Translations under genes and position numbers: made by a program | Notes under the pieces: model-generated | The model's database searches: none | What the model was told of the DNA's origin: nothing | What the model saw: the letters and a program-made list of their open reading frames with translations, nothing else | In this document: one piece after another, positions 43,090-53,141 of the stretch | How the letters are laid out: the number at the start of each line of letters is the position of its first letter | Numbering within the stretch: position 1 is the stretch's first letter | Assembly (NCBI GenBank): GCA_035563315.1 | Contig: DATMVG010000103.1 | Location: 14,602-78,601, forward strand | Source: Allosphingosinicella sp. | GTDB lineage: Bacteria; Pseudomonadota; Alphaproteobacteria; Sphingomonadales; Sphingomonadaceae | Direction: 5' to 3' | Length of the DNA: 64,000 nt

Positions 43090-44472
43090 ATGATGAACCG
43101 CCGCACCTTCGCCGCCTCGTCCCTGGCCTCGATCGCCTTCCTCGGCCTCGCCCGGCGAGCCATGGGCCAGGATTCGGACTCGACCTACCGCAACCAGGTC
43201 GCCGGCTACGGCGCTCTGCGGCCCGACCCGGGCGGCCTCCTCGATCTGCCCCCCGGCTTCGCCTACACCATCGTGTCGAGCGCCGGCGAGACGATGGACG
43301 ACGGCTATGTCGTCCCCGATCATTTCGACGGCATGGCCTGCTTCGCCGTCGACCGGCGGCGAATCGCCCTGGTCCGAAACCACGAGCTGATGCCCGATAT
43401 GATCGACCGCGGCCCGACCGGCGGCGCCAGGGCGCTGATCGAGCGGCTCCGCGGCGAAAGCCACTTCGGCCGCGACCATGACGGCCGGCCTTTGCCCGGC
43501 GGCACCTCGACCCTCGTCTACGACCTCGCCGGGCGGCGGCTCGAGCGGCAATATCTGAGCCTCGCCGGGACGGCGGTGAACTGCGCCGGCGGGCCAACGC
43601 CCTGGGGCAGCTGGCTGAGCTGCGAGGAGAGCACGATCGGCACCGGCGAGGTCGCTCAGGCCCATGGCTGGGTCTTCGACGTGCCGGCGCTCGGGCCGGG
43701 TCTCGCCACGCCGGTCCCGATCCGGTCGCTCGGCCGTTTCCGCCACGAGGCGGCCGCCGTCGATCCGGGCACCGGGATCGTGTACTTGACCGAGGACCGG
43801 CAGGATTCGCTCTTCTACCGCTTCGTCCCGGAGCGGCGCGGGCGGCTTCATGGCCCGGGCCGGCTGCAGGCGCTCGCCCTGCCCGACCTCGGCGGCGCCG
43901 ACACTCGCAACTGGGACGCGGCGACGCTCGCTCCGGGCCGCGCCCATGCCGCCCGGTGGATCGACCTCGACGAGCCGGAGAGCCGCGAGGACGATCTGCG
44001 CCGGCGCGGCCGGGCCGGCGGCGCCGCGCTGTTCGCGCGCGGCGAGGGCATTCATCGCGGGAACGGGGAATTCTACTTTTGCTGCACGTCGGGCGGGGCG
44101 GCCCGGCAGGGCCAGATCATGCGCTACGTGCCGGGCGCGCGCGAAGGCCAGCCGGACGAGGCCAGCGGGCCCGGGAACCTGCAGCTCTTCGTCGAATCGG
44201 CCGACCAGCGGGTGCTCGATTATGCCGACAACCTGACGGTGGCGCCGTGGGGCCACCTCATCGTCTGCGAGGATCGCGGCGACGGCGAGCCCTGCCACCT
44301 CAAGGGCGTCACCGCGCAGGGGCGCATCTACACCCTGGCCCGCCTCAGGCTCGATACCGAGCTTGCCGGCGCCTGCTTCAGCCCGGACGGAGGCACCTTG
44401 TTCGTCAACGTCTACCGGCCGGGCCGGACGCTGGCGATCACCGGGCCCTGGAATGCCGTGCGGAGCAGCTGA
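43090..44472 (+). CDS. phoX: Alkaline phosphatase PhoX family (Tat-exported)
   Basis: NRRTF Tat signal, LVRNHE, NCAGGPTPWGSWLSCEE, GRFRHEA, DNLTVAPWG. Confidence 0.88.
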   Translation: MMNRRTFAASSLASIAFLGLARRAMGQDSDSTYRNQVAGYGALRPDPGGLLDLPPGFAYTIVSSAGETMDDGYVVPDHFDGMACFAVDRRRIALVRNHELMPDMIDRGPTGGARALIERLRGESHFGRDHDGRPLPGGTSTLVYDLAGRRLERQYLSLAGTAVNCAGGPTPWGSWLSCEESTIGTGEVAQAHGWVFDVPALGPGLATPVPIRSLGRFRHEAAAVDPGTGIVYLTEDRQDSLFYRFVPERRGRLHGPGRLQALALPDLGGADTRNWDAATLAPGRAHAARWIDLDEPESREDDLRRRGRAGGAALFARGEGIHRGNGEFYFCCTSGGAARQGQIMRYVPGAREGQPDEASGPGNLQLFVESADQRVLDYADNLTVAPWGHLIVCEDRGDGEPCHLKGVTAQGRIYTLARLRLDTELAGACFSPDGGTLFVNVYRPGRTLAITGPWNAVRSS

Positions 44473-44484
44473 TCCCCGCCGGCC

Positions 44485-45108
44485 TCAGCGCTTCAGCCAG
44501 CCGATCAATTCCTCGAACGGGATGAGCTGGTTGAAGGCGATGCCGCAGCCGCGCTCGCCTTGCCAGCGCACCGTGCCCGGGATCGGCCGGAAGCCCTCCA
44601 GAGTCACCACCAGCTCGGCGCCGGCCTCGAACCTCTGCTCGGTTTCGATCTTGACTCCGCCCTGGGAGATGTCGCGGGCCTGGACCCAGTAGGTGCGCGA
44701 GCCGGCGCGCAGGGTCGCCAGCCGGTCGATCTCGACCCGCGGCAGCCGCGGCCGCCAGCCCTTGTCCGCGACTGGAGGATGAGCGAGCAGCTCGGCGACC
44801 TCGATCGGCGCCTCGAAGCCGATGCCGGCATTGCCGTCGCGGGCCCAGACGATGCGGCCGCCGATCTGCTGGTTCGACTTGAGCTCGACCGTCACCTCCT
44901 GGCCTGGAGTGAGGGAGGTATAGACATGGGCCATCAAGCCGCCCGCCGAGATGTTCCGGATCAGGCACAGCTCGCGGCGGCCGTCGACGAGGAGCAGGCC
45001 GACCCGAAGAATCGTGAGCTGGCGCTCCTGGCGCCGACGCTCCGGCGCCGCCGGCACCTCGTCCGACAGCGAGAAGCCGGTCTCCCCGATTCGCTCGCGC
45101 GACAGCAT
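44485..45108 (-). CDS. Tandem PilZ-domain protein
   Basis: RRQER...NISAGG and RLPR...DISQGG. Confidence 0.9.
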   Translation of the reverse strand: MLSRERIGETGFSLSDEVPAAPERRRQERQLTILRVGLLLVDGRRELCLIRNISAGGLMAHVYTSLTPGQEVTVELKSNQQIGGRIVWARDGNAGIGFEAPIEVAELLAHPPVADKGWRPRLPRVEIDRLATLRAGSRTYWVQARDISQGGVKIETEQRFEAGAELVVTLEGFRPIPGTVRWQGERGCGIAFNQLIPFEELIGWLKR

Positions 45109-45253
45109 GGATCCTCCCCCCGAGCCTGAAACCTCCGCCCGGCCCGTTTGTGCATCCGAACTGCTTTAAGAAGTGCTTACCGGCACCGGCGCACTTCCGA
45201 GGTCCGGACGGCGCCGATCTTAACCGCTCGGTTACCCGGGCGCCGACGGCGAG

Positions 45254-46348
45254 TCACACCTGCCGCTTGCGCACCGACCAGACGAAGCTGTCGTACCAGA
45301 AATGGAGGAGGGAGCAGGCGATGAACGGCCCGCCCAGCCAGCGCAGATCCCTGAAGCCATGATAAGCCAGACCGAAGCCGAGGCACAGGACCAGGAACAG
45401 GGCCAGCGCGCCGCTTCGCGTCCGGCGGTCCGGGCGATCGCCAAGGCCGCCGGTCAGCCGTCCGCACGCCGCCTCGATCCGGCCGCCCTCCTTGAGCCAT
45501 ACCAAAGCGAAATATTGGAGCGCGTGGAACAGGTTGATGATGGCGAAGGCGGCGATCGGAGGCGCCAGGCCCCAGGCAGCGATCGACACCAGAGCGGTCG
45601 AGCCGACCAGGGCCGCCTTGTGCACCGGCAGCCGGTAGCCGCGCGCGACGGCCGATCGATAGTCCCACGCCGCCCACAAGCCGATCGCGATCCAGGCGGC
45701 GACGGCTGCCATTCGGATGGCGCCGGCCTGGCTCTCGGCGAGGCTGGGCAGTCCGGCGATCGCGGCCCAGCCGAGCGGGCCGAGGTCGCGCAGGCTTCCG
45801 ACATGGTCCATCAGCGAGGCGCCGGCTGCGATCGGTCCGACGTAGAGCACCCAGTTGAGGCGCAGGTCCGCCTGCCTGAGCTCGAGCGGTTTGTTGCCCG
45901 CCTTCATGTCGTAGATGCGCGCGAGCCCGAAGGTCTGCATGGCGCTGTGGTGGACGTCCCAGAATATCGCGAGAACCCCGGCGCAGACGAGCAAGGCGGG
46001 CGAGGCGAGCAGCGCCGCGACGAGCAGGATCGGCACCCAGGTCAGGCGGCGCCGGTGGGCGGCGAACACGTCGGGGTTGAGGTAGGCTCGGGGGACCACC
46101 GCGACGAGGTGCGCGAAAGTGACGATGGCGACGGCCGCGGCGAGGGAGGCCACGGCGGCATGCTCCAGGCCCGGCGGCAGCATCGCCGCGCCGCCAAGCC
46201 ACAACCAGACGAAGAGAGCACAGACGAGCGGGCAGCCCCAGAGCAGAAGCGCGTCGAAGAGCGGCCCGCCGATCGCCAGCCGGGGATCGCCCAGGCGCCC
46301 GTCGAGGAAGGGCGAGCGATTCGTCTCGGGCGTATAGACCGATGCCAT
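45254..46348 (-). CDS. Polytopic membrane protein with His motifs
   Basis: About 9-10 TM; DVHHSAMQ, FHALQY, LHFWYD. Confidence 0.75.
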   Translation of the reverse strand: MASVYTPETNRSPFLDGRLGDPRLAIGGPLFDALLLWGCPLVCALFVWLWLGGAAMLPPGLEHAAVASLAAAVAIVTFAHLVAVVPRAYLNPDVFAAHRRRLTWVPILLVAALLASPALLVCAGVLAIFWDVHHSAMQTFGLARIYDMKAGNKPLELRQADLRLNWVLYVGPIAAGASLMDHVGSLRDLGPLGWAAIAGLPSLAESQAGAIRMAAVAAWIAIGLWAAWDYRSAVARGYRLPVHKAALVGSTALVSIAAWGLAPPIAAFAIINLFHALQYFALVWLKEGGRIEAACGRLTGGLGDRPDRRTRSGALALFLVLCLGFGLAYHGFRDLRWLGGPFIACSLLHFWYDSFVWSVRKRQV

Positions 46349-46545
46349 GGTTCCTCCGCGCCGATCGCCAGGCGCCGCTCGGAAGCTAGGACGAGATGGT
46401 TAACGGCCGGTTAGGAGGGGCGGCCCGGCCGCACGGTCCATCCGGATCGCGTGGACAAACGCGAGCGATTGTGCTGACCCCGGCCGATGCCGGCGCGACC
46501 GTCCCTCGACTCGGACGACCGGCCGCCCCGGCGGCGCGGCCGGCC

Positions 46546-46827
46546 ATGATCTACCTCGCCGTCGGCCTCCTCTGCCTGTTCGCGGCCGCTTTCGCTGGCG
46601 GCCGCGGGGCGGCGGTCGCGGCCGCGCTCGGGCTGGCGGCAGCGGCCTACGCCTTCCTGATCTACCGGTGGTGGATACCGGTCGCGGCGGGGGCCGGAGC
46701 GGCCGCCGCCGGATTTGTGCTGGCCCGGGCGCTGCGCCGGCGGCGGCGCTGGCTTCCCGCGTTATGGCTGGCCGGCACCGTCCTTTGCGCCTTCGCCGTC
46801 TTCGGGCCGGACGAGGGCCTGTTCTGA
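46546..46827 (+). CDS. Small membrane protein
   Basis: Hydrophobic 93-aa ORF. Confidence 0.5.
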   Translation: MIYLAVGLLCLFAAAFAGGRGAAVAAALGLAAAAYAFLIYRWWIPVAAGAGAAAAGFVLARALRRRRRWLPALWLAGTVLCAFAVFGPDEGLF

Positions 46828-46855
46828 CCCGCTCGGCCCGCCAGCCCGACCGGGC

Positions 46856-47221
46856 CTAGCGCGAGCTCAGCACGAACTGGTTGCCCTCCGGGTCGCGAAA
46901 CGTCGCGAACGTTCCCCAAGGCTGCTTCTTGGGCGGCGATTCGAACTGGACTCCGCGCTCGGAGAGCTGCCGCCAGGTCGCCTCGACATCGTCGCAGGCG
47001 AGCGCGCCGTTGAAGAAACTGCCGATCCGCTCTTCCTGGCCCTCCGGAGTGAACAGGACCAGGCGCGTGTCGCTGCTCGCCACCTTGAGCTCGATCCAGC
47101 GCTGGCTGTCGCTGAACGGCTGGTCGGTCATCAGCGTGAAGCCGACCTTGCCGGTCCAGAATTCGAGCGCCCGGTCCTGGTCGCGGGTGGGAATGCTGAC
47201 GAATTTCACATGGGTGATCAT
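46856..47221 (-). CDS. VOC/glyoxalase family protein
   Basis: DQDRALEFW..KVGF, RWIE, FRDPEGN. Confidence 0.92.
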   Translation of the reverse strand: MITHVKFVSIPTRDQDRALEFWTGKVGFTLMTDQPFSDSQRWIELKVASSDTRLVLFTPEGQEERIGSFFNGALACDDVEATWRQLSERGVQFESPPKKQPWGTFATFRDPEGNQFVLSSR

Positions 47222-47299
47222 CGGCGCCTCCTTGCGCCGCGCATAACAACAGCGCGGCGGCGAGCGACAAGGGGTCCGATAAACACTATAGTGACGGGC

Positions 47300-47614
47300 A
47301 TGCCGGTGCCGATTCCGCTCGATCGCTATATCGCCGACGTGCTGATGCGCGACCTCGTCGGGCACGATCGCAGCCCATCCGCTTTCCTCGTCTACCTCTG
47401 GCTGTGGCGGATGAGCCGCGGCGAGGGACGCGAGCGGATCGGCGCCAGCCTCCAGACGATCGCGACCCAGACCGGACTGTCCAAGTCGGCGGTGCAGGCC
47501 GCGGTCCGCCACCTCGCCCGGCGGCAGCTGCTCAGCGCCGAGCGCGCCGGCCCGACCTTGGCCCCCGTCTATCACGTGCACCAGCCCTGGCGGCGGAGCG
47601 GCGGGGAGCCCTAG
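47300..47614 (+). CDS. Winged-HTH protein
   Basis: SLQTIATQTGLSKSAVQAAVRHL; divergent from the VOC gene. Confidence 0.8.
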   Translation: MPVPIPLDRYIADVLMRDLVGHDRSPSAFLVYLWLWRMSRGEGRERIGASLQTIATQTGLSKSAVQAAVRHLARRQLLSAERAGPTLAPVYHVHQPWRRSGGEP

Positions 47615-47730
47615 CCGGCCTCCGCTGCGCACCGGCGCCTGCCCCCGCCCGCCCTTCGGCCGCGAGACGAACGCGTTGCTCTCCCATCGGCAATGGATCA
47701 CTATCTCCCTATCCGGGCGCGGAGACGAGG

Positions 47731-49089
47731 ATGAAGGCGCCGCCGATCAGGAAGCCATCACACGCCGCCGCGGCGACGGCGACCGCTCACGCTCCAATCG
47801 CGCGCTCCGGCACTCGGTTCCCGCAGTCGACGCCTCGCGCGATGGCGGAAGGTTGGGGCGGCGAGGCTGTGCCTCTCGGCTATTTCCCCCACGGCGATGT
47901 CATCGGGCGCGGCCTCGGCCGAACCATTCCGCCCCAATCCCTTCTCGATCCGGCAGGCTGCGCCGGACGCCGAGTCCCGGCTTTCACCCAGGACGGGCGA
48001 GCGCATTTCGCTTGCCCGATGCCCTCGCTCAGGATCGCCGCTCACGAAGCAACCCACGTCCTCCAGCAGCGCGGCTTCACGCGGGACAACGGGCTCGGAA
48101 CGGAGGGGCAGGCTGCCGCCGTCGAGAGCAGGATCTGGCGGGGCGCCGATGCCGCTGGATTGCTTGGAGATCGCGGCCGCGCCCCGGCCCCCGGTCCGCA
48201 CCATTATACGTTCATCGACAAGTCGACTCAGGCTCCCGGGAACTGGGATGCGAAGATGCATCTTCGCGTCTCCGACGACGGCCGGATGGCAGTGGGCGGC
48301 AGCAAGACCGGCCATGATTTCTGGGCGACCGCCGCCAAGATAGAGGAGTCGAACGCCATCCTCGCGAAGCTCGGGCACGAGGGCTCTGCGATCAGGCTCC
48401 TGAAGCAGGCAGAAACCCTCTCGGGCCCGGCTCCCGACGGCGGCGGCGCGCACATCCTCTCGAAGGTGACGCCGAGCAACGTCTACCAGGAGGACGGCGG
48501 CGAGATGACGCTGTGGGCGGATTGCGGAGCCGCGGCTCGCGACGTGATGGGCGCCGGGCAGAATTCGGTCAATCGCTCGGGCAAGGTCAAGGGCGTCTAC
48601 TACGCCCCTGCGCTGGCCGGCGCTGCGCCCGGCTCGGCACTCCGGGGCCCCGAGCGGCTCACTCAGACCTACGATCCGGAACGAATGAAGAAGGAGATAC
48701 TGGGCAAGCAGTTCGGCAAGGCTCCGGCCGCGGCCCATGCCTTGTACCTCGCCCTGGGAGACTCCGAGCGCGAAGCCGTCGACCGCCAGGCCGACATCAA
48801 CGAATATGCCGAGCCGCAGACCGGCGAAGGCTACACGATGTCGACGGGCCCGAAGCAGGCGGAGGGCTTGTGGGACTTTCACTTCGCCGCCGTGATCATG
48901 GTGAGCGGGGACGACAGGACGACCCTGGAAAATTATTCGGTCAGCATCGACGAGGCGAAGAACAGGAATTGGGTGTTCGCCATGTACGGGTCGGCGGCCA
49001 AGCCGAACCAGACGTTCCACGAGCAGCACCAGGCCACCGGCCTGCACGGCCAGTCGCCGATCACGATGCGGATAAGAACGATCAGGTGA
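47731..49089 (+). CDS. DUF4157-like (AHEATHVLQQ) protein with C-terminal putative Cys-His-acid catalytic domain
   Basis: AFTQ...AAHEATHVLQQR...E.QA; WADCG, DFHFAAVI, TLENY. Confidence 0.65.
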   Translation: MKAPPIRKPSHAAAATATAHAPIARSGTRFPQSTPRAMAEGWGGEAVPLGYFPHGDVIGRGLGRTIPPQSLLDPAGCAGRRVPAFTQDGRAHFACPMPSLRIAAHEATHVLQQRGFTRDNGLGTEGQAAAVESRIWRGADAAGLLGDRGRAPAPGPHHYTFIDKSTQAPGNWDAKMHLRVSDDGRMAVGGSKTGHDFWATAAKIEESNAILAKLGHEGSAIRLLKQAETLSGPAPDGGGAHILSKVTPSNVYQEDGGEMTLWADCGAAARDVMGAGQNSVNRSGKVKGVYYAPALAGAAPGSALRGPERLTQTYDPERMKKEILGKQFGKAPAAAHALYLALGDSEREAVDRQADINEYAEPQTGEGYTMSTGPKQAEGLWDFHFAAVIMVSGDDRTTLENYSVSIDEAKNRNWVFAMYGSAAKPNQTFHEQHQATGLHGQSPITMRIRTIR

Positions 49090-49111
49090 GCCGCACCTCC
49101 GCCGGCCCGTC

Positions 49112-49882
49112 CTAGCGGAGCTCGACCCAGACCGGGGCGTGGTCGCTGGCTTTCTCGCGGGCTCGCACCTGCGTGTGGACCCCAGCCGCCTCGAGGCGGG
49201 CCGCGGCCCTGCCGTTGAGCAGCAAATGGTCGATCCGGATTCCGGCGTTGCGCGCCCAGGCGTTCCGCCAATAATCCCAGAAGGTGTAGATCGTCTCGCC
49301 CGGGTGGAGGTGGCGGATCGCGTCGGTCCAGCCCTGAGCGAGGAGCCTGGCATATTGGGCGCGCGGCTCGGGCTGGAACAGGGCGTCGTCGAGCCAGCGC
49401 TCGGGCTTGTAAACGTCGAGGTCGGTGGGAATGACGTTGTAATCGCCGGCCAGGACGACGCTGCAGTCGATGTTGCGAAGCTCGGCCGCGTGGGCGATCA
49501 GGCGCTCCATCCAGGCCAGCTTGTAGTCGAATTTCGGCCCCGGCACGGGATTGCCGTTGGGCAGGTAGAGGCAGCCGATCAGAACGCCGCTCACCGCCGC
49601 CTCGATGTAGCGGGCGTGGCTGTCGCCGGGGTCGCCCGGAAGGCCGCGCCGGGTCTCGACCGGCTCGCACCCGCGGGCGAGGATGGCGACTCCGTTCCAT
49701 CGGCTCTGGCCCTGCCAGATCGCGCCATAGCCGGCTTTCTCGACGGCTCGGGCCGGAAATTTGTCGTCGGGGCTCTTCAGCTCCTGAAGGCAGGCGACGT
49801 CCGGTTGCGCCTCCTCCAGCCATTCGAGCAGCAGCGGCAGGCGCCCGTTGATGCCGTTGACGTTGAAGGTGGCGATTCTCAC
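49112..49882 (-). CDS. xth: Exodeoxyribonuclease III
   Basis: IATFNVNG, LQELK, YLPNGNP, GDYN, RIDH, SDHAP. Confidence 0.95.
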   Translation of the reverse strand: MRIATFNVNGINGRLPLLLEWLEEAQPDVACLQELKSPDDKFPARAVEKAGYGAIWQGQSRWNGVAILARGCEPVETRRGLPGDPGDSHARYIEAAVSGVLIGCLYLPNGNPVPGPKFDYKLAWMERLIAHAAELRNIDCSVVLAGDYNVIPTDLDVYKPERWLDDALFQPEPRAQYARLLAQGWTDAIRHLHPGETIYTFWDYWRNAWARNAGIRIDHLLLNGRAAARLEAAGVHTQVRAREKASDHAPVWVELR

Positions 49883-49892
49883 GCGCGCCAGA

Positions 49893-50168
49893 CTATTCGG
49901 CCTCGGCTTGGGTTCCCTCGGGCGGCCGGTCGCGCCACCAGGCCTCAACGGGGCCGGTGAGCTTCACCGTCACCGGCACGCCGTAGCGGTCGACGGCCTT
50001 GCCCGCCTGGACCCTGATCCAGCCTTCGGAGAGGCAATATTCCTCGACGTCCTCGCGCTCGCGGCCCTTGAAGCGGATGCCGACTCCGCGCTGAAGCGCC
50101 GCGGCGTCGAAATGGGGACTGCGCGGATTGCTCGACAGCCGATCGGGAAGCGTGTCATCGTCGGCCAT
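49893..50168 (-). CDS. DUF3297-family protein
   Basis: PDRLS.NPRSP, GIRFKG, VEEYC.SEGW. Confidence 0.8.
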   Translation of the reverse strand: MADDDTLPDRLSSNPRSPHFDAAALQRGVGIRFKGREREDVEEYCLSEGWIRVQAGKAVDRYGVPVTVKLTGPVEAWWRDRPPEGTQAEAE

Positions 50169-52060
50169 CAGCCGTCCCTCCGTCCGGATGACGGCGGCGA
50201 GCCCGTCCCTCGCGCCGCCGCCTCGCTCGCCGCGATCCACGCGTCGACCTGCTCCTCGAGCACGTCGAGCGGCAGCGAGCCGTTTCCCAGCACGACGGCG
50301 TGGAAGTCGCGGATGTCGAAGCGCTCGCCAAGGGCGGCGCGGGCGCGGTCGCGCAGCTCGAGGATCTTGAGCTGTCCGATCATGTAGCTGGTCGCCTGAC
50401 CCGGATTGTTGAAATAGCGCTCCACCTCCTTGGTGGCATCGCGCAGCGAGAGCAGCCCGTTGTCCTGGAAATACTGGATCGCCCGCTCGCGCGTCCAGCG
50501 CTGGTGGTGGATTCCGGTATCGACGACCAGCCGGATCGCCCGCCAGAGCTGGGTCGAGTACATGCCGAATTCCGAGATCGGATCCTGGTAGAAGCCCATC
50601 TCCTTGCCGAGGCCCTCGGCATAGAGCCCCCAGCCTTCGGCATAGGCGCCGTAGCCGCCGAAGCGACGGAACTTGGGGACGCCCTCCAGCTCCTGCATCA
50701 GGGCGATCTGGAAATGATGGCCGGGAGCGCCCTCATGGTAGGAGATGGCCTCGGTCTGAGGCCGGAGCACCTGGTCCATGTCGGCGAGGTTGACATAGTA
50801 GATTCCGGGGCGGGAGCCGTCCGCCGACGGGCGATTGTAGAAGGCCACGGCGGCGGTGTCCTGGCGGAAGGCTTCGACGGCGCGGACCTCGAGCGGCGCG
50901 CGCGGCAAGCGCCGGAACCAGCGCGGCGCCGCTTCCATCACCTGGGCGATGAAGCGGCGGGCGTCGGCGAGATATTGCTGCCGGCCCGCATCGTCGTTCG
51001 AATATTTGAACTGCCGCCCCTCATTGATGTGGCGGAAGAAGGCCTGGAGCGTGCCGGTGAAGCCGACCTGGCGCTTGATCCTCTCCATCTCGCCATGGAT
51101 CCGGGCCACCTGCTCGAGGCCGATCTGATGGATCCGATCCGCGGACAGATCGGTCGTCGTCGACTGGCTGAGGCGGTTCGAATAATAAGCCGCGGCATCG
51201 GGCAGGCTCCAGGCGCCGCGATTGCCCTCGGCGCCGCGCTCGACCTCGTCGAGCGTCGCCAGCATCGTTTCGTAGCCGCGGCGGAACGGCCCGGTCAGCG
51301 CCTCGGAGGCGGCGGCGACCAGCCGGTCCTTTTCCGGCTGCGCGATCCCGAGCCGGCCCACCTTGGCCTTGAAGTCGGCGAAGACGGCGCTGTCGGGACC
51401 GGTGCCGAACGGCGCCCCGGCCAGGATCCGGCGGCCGTCGGCTCGAACCGGGTCGAAATTGAAGGCGGGCGGCACGATTCCCAGCCCGGCCTGATGACGG
51501 ATGTTGGCCGAGATCTCGCCCATCACCCGATCGACCTCGCGGAGCCGCGAGATATAGGCCTCGGCGTCCTCGACGGTGTCGACACGATGGTTGTTGATCA
51601 GGAAGACCGGGATGTTGCCGAGCGGGCTGCCGTTGTTCGTCGCCGGGAAAGCGTGCCAGCGCCAGCGGAAGGCTTCGCGATCGTCCTCCACCTCCTCGAC
51701 GAACAGGCGATAGGAGAGGCGTCCCGCCGGGCTCAGCCGTTCCGGATCGAATTCGGCCCGAAGGCGCTCGAGCTGGCGCTCCTGAAGCGCGAGCTGCCGC
51801 TGGCGATAGGAGTCGGTATAGTCGTTGAGCCGGTCATAATGGCGCTTGATGCCGAGATTGGTCAGCAGCTGCGGATTGGTCTCCGCCTGCTCGTCGAAGG
51901 CGGCGTCGAGGAAGGCGTTGAGGCGGGCATCCTCGGCCGCGGGATCGGCGGCTGGAGTCGCCGTGGCCGCGGGCGCGGGGGCCGGCGGGGCCGAGTCCGG
52001 CGCCGCGGTGGCACAGGCGGTGGCGAGGAGGAGGGCGAGGAGCGGGAGGCGGGCTTTCAC
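50168..52060 (-). CDS. DUF885-family lipoprotein
   Basis: Lipobox LATAC; HEGAPGHHFQ, EGWGLYAE, RLVVDTGIH, PGQATSY. Confidence 0.92.
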   Translation of the reverse strand: MKARLPLLALLLATACATAAPDSAPPAPAPAATATPAADPAAEDARLNAFLDAAFDEQAETNPQLLTNLGIKRHYDRLNDYTDSYRQRQLALQERQLERLRAEFDPERLSPAGRLSYRLFVEEVEDDREAFRWRWHAFPATNNGSPLGNIPVFLINNHRVDTVEDAEAYISRLREVDRVMGEISANIRHQAGLGIVPPAFNFDPVRADGRRILAGAPFGTGPDSAVFADFKAKVGRLGIAQPEKDRLVAAASEALTGPFRRGYETMLATLDEVERGAEGNRGAWSLPDAAAYYSNRLSQSTTTDLSADRIHQIGLEQVARIHGEMERIKRQVGFTGTLQAFFRHINEGRQFKYSNDDAGRQQYLADARRFIAQVMEAAPRWFRRLPRAPLEVRAVEAFRQDTAAVAFYNRPSADGSRPGIYYVNLADMDQVLRPQTEAISYHEGAPGHHFQIALMQELEGVPKFRRFGGYGAYAEGWGLYAEGLGKEMGFYQDPISEFGMYSTQLWRAIRLVVDTGIHHQRWTRERAIQYFQDNGLLSLRDATKEVERYFNNPGQATSYMIGQLKILELRDRARAALGERFDIRDFHAVVLGNGSLPLDVLEEQVDAWIAASEAAARGTGSPPSSGRRDG

Positions 52061-52121
52061 GGGCGAGTCCTTCCAGACGCGGGAGGCCGGTTCTTAGCGC
52101 CTCGCCGGCCTTCGTCCAGCC

Positions 52122-53045
52122 TCAGCGGTCGCCGGCGAGCCAGCACGGATCCCAGCTCGGCTCCGGCCCGAAGCGCTGGACCAGGAAATCGACCAGCGCC
52201 CTGACCCGGGCGGTGGTCGCCCGGCCGGGCGGCATCACCGCGTGGAGCGCGCCCTCCTCGAGCGGGTAATCGCGAAGCACCACTTCGAGGGTGGCGTCGG
52301 CGAGTCCGGGCGAGGCGATGAAGGAAGGCAGGATGCAGATGCCGAGGCCCGCCTCTGCCGCGGCGCGAAGCAGCTCGCCATTGTTGGCGCGCATCCGAGC
52401 GGGGCCACGCACGGTTTCCCAGCGGCCGCCGACCCGGAAGCGCCATTGCTCGTGGGCGTAATAGAGGATCCGATGCGCGCCGAGATCGGACGGCTTTCGC
52501 GGCCGGCCGTGGCGCTCGAAATAATCGGGGCTGCCGACGACGAGCTTGCGGACCGGCGCGATCCGGCGCGCGACGAGCGAGGAATCGGCGAGGCTGCCGA
52601 TCCTGACCGCGAGATCGTAGCCCCCGCCGGCGAGATCGACGTGGCGATCCTCGAACTCCACGTCCAGCTCCACCTTCGGATGGAGCCGGGCGAAGTCCGC
52701 CAGCGCGGGCGCCAGGTGCTCGATGCCGAAGGAGAGCGGCGCCGACAGCCGGATCGGTCCCGCGACCTGGGTGACGGCGTCCGCCACCACCTCCTGGGCG
52801 GCGTCGAGATCGGCGAGGATGTTGGCGGCGCGGGCATAATAAGCATGGCCGATGTCAGTCGGCAGGGCGCCGCGAGCGGTTCGGGTGAGCAGGCGCGCTC
52901 CGAGCTGCTCTTCGAGCCGCGCCACCCGCCGCGAAAGGACGGGCTTGGACAGGCCCATCCGTTCCGCGGCGCGAGCGAAGGAGCCCGTCTCCGCCACCCT
53001 GACGAAGGCGAGGACATCGACGAGGTCGGTCGCTGAGCGTTCCAT
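52122..53045 (-). CDS. LysR-family regulator
   Basis: GSFARAAERMGLS..LSRRVARLEEQLG.RLL.RT. Confidence 0.95.
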   Translation of the reverse strand: MERSATDLVDVLAFVRVAETGSFARAAERMGLSKPVLSRRVARLEEQLGARLLTRTARGALPTDIGHAYYARAANILADLDAAQEVVADAVTQVAGPIRLSAPLSFGIEHLAPALADFARLHPKVELDVEFEDRHVDLAGGGYDLAVRIGSLADSSLVARRIAPVRKLVVGSPDYFERHGRPRKPSDLGAHRILYYAHEQWRFRVGGRWETVRGPARMRANNGELLRAAAEAGLGICILPSFIASPGLADATLEVVLRDYPLEEGALHAVMPPGRATTARVRALVDFLVQRFGPEPSWDPCWLAGDR

Positions 53046-53141
53046 ATTTCGCAACTCTGCAGTACTTATTGGCGGGCTTTCAGCAATGCTGATAGCCTCC
53101 TAGATCAGCTGGAGCAAAGCAATTCAGCAAGGGGAGTTCCG

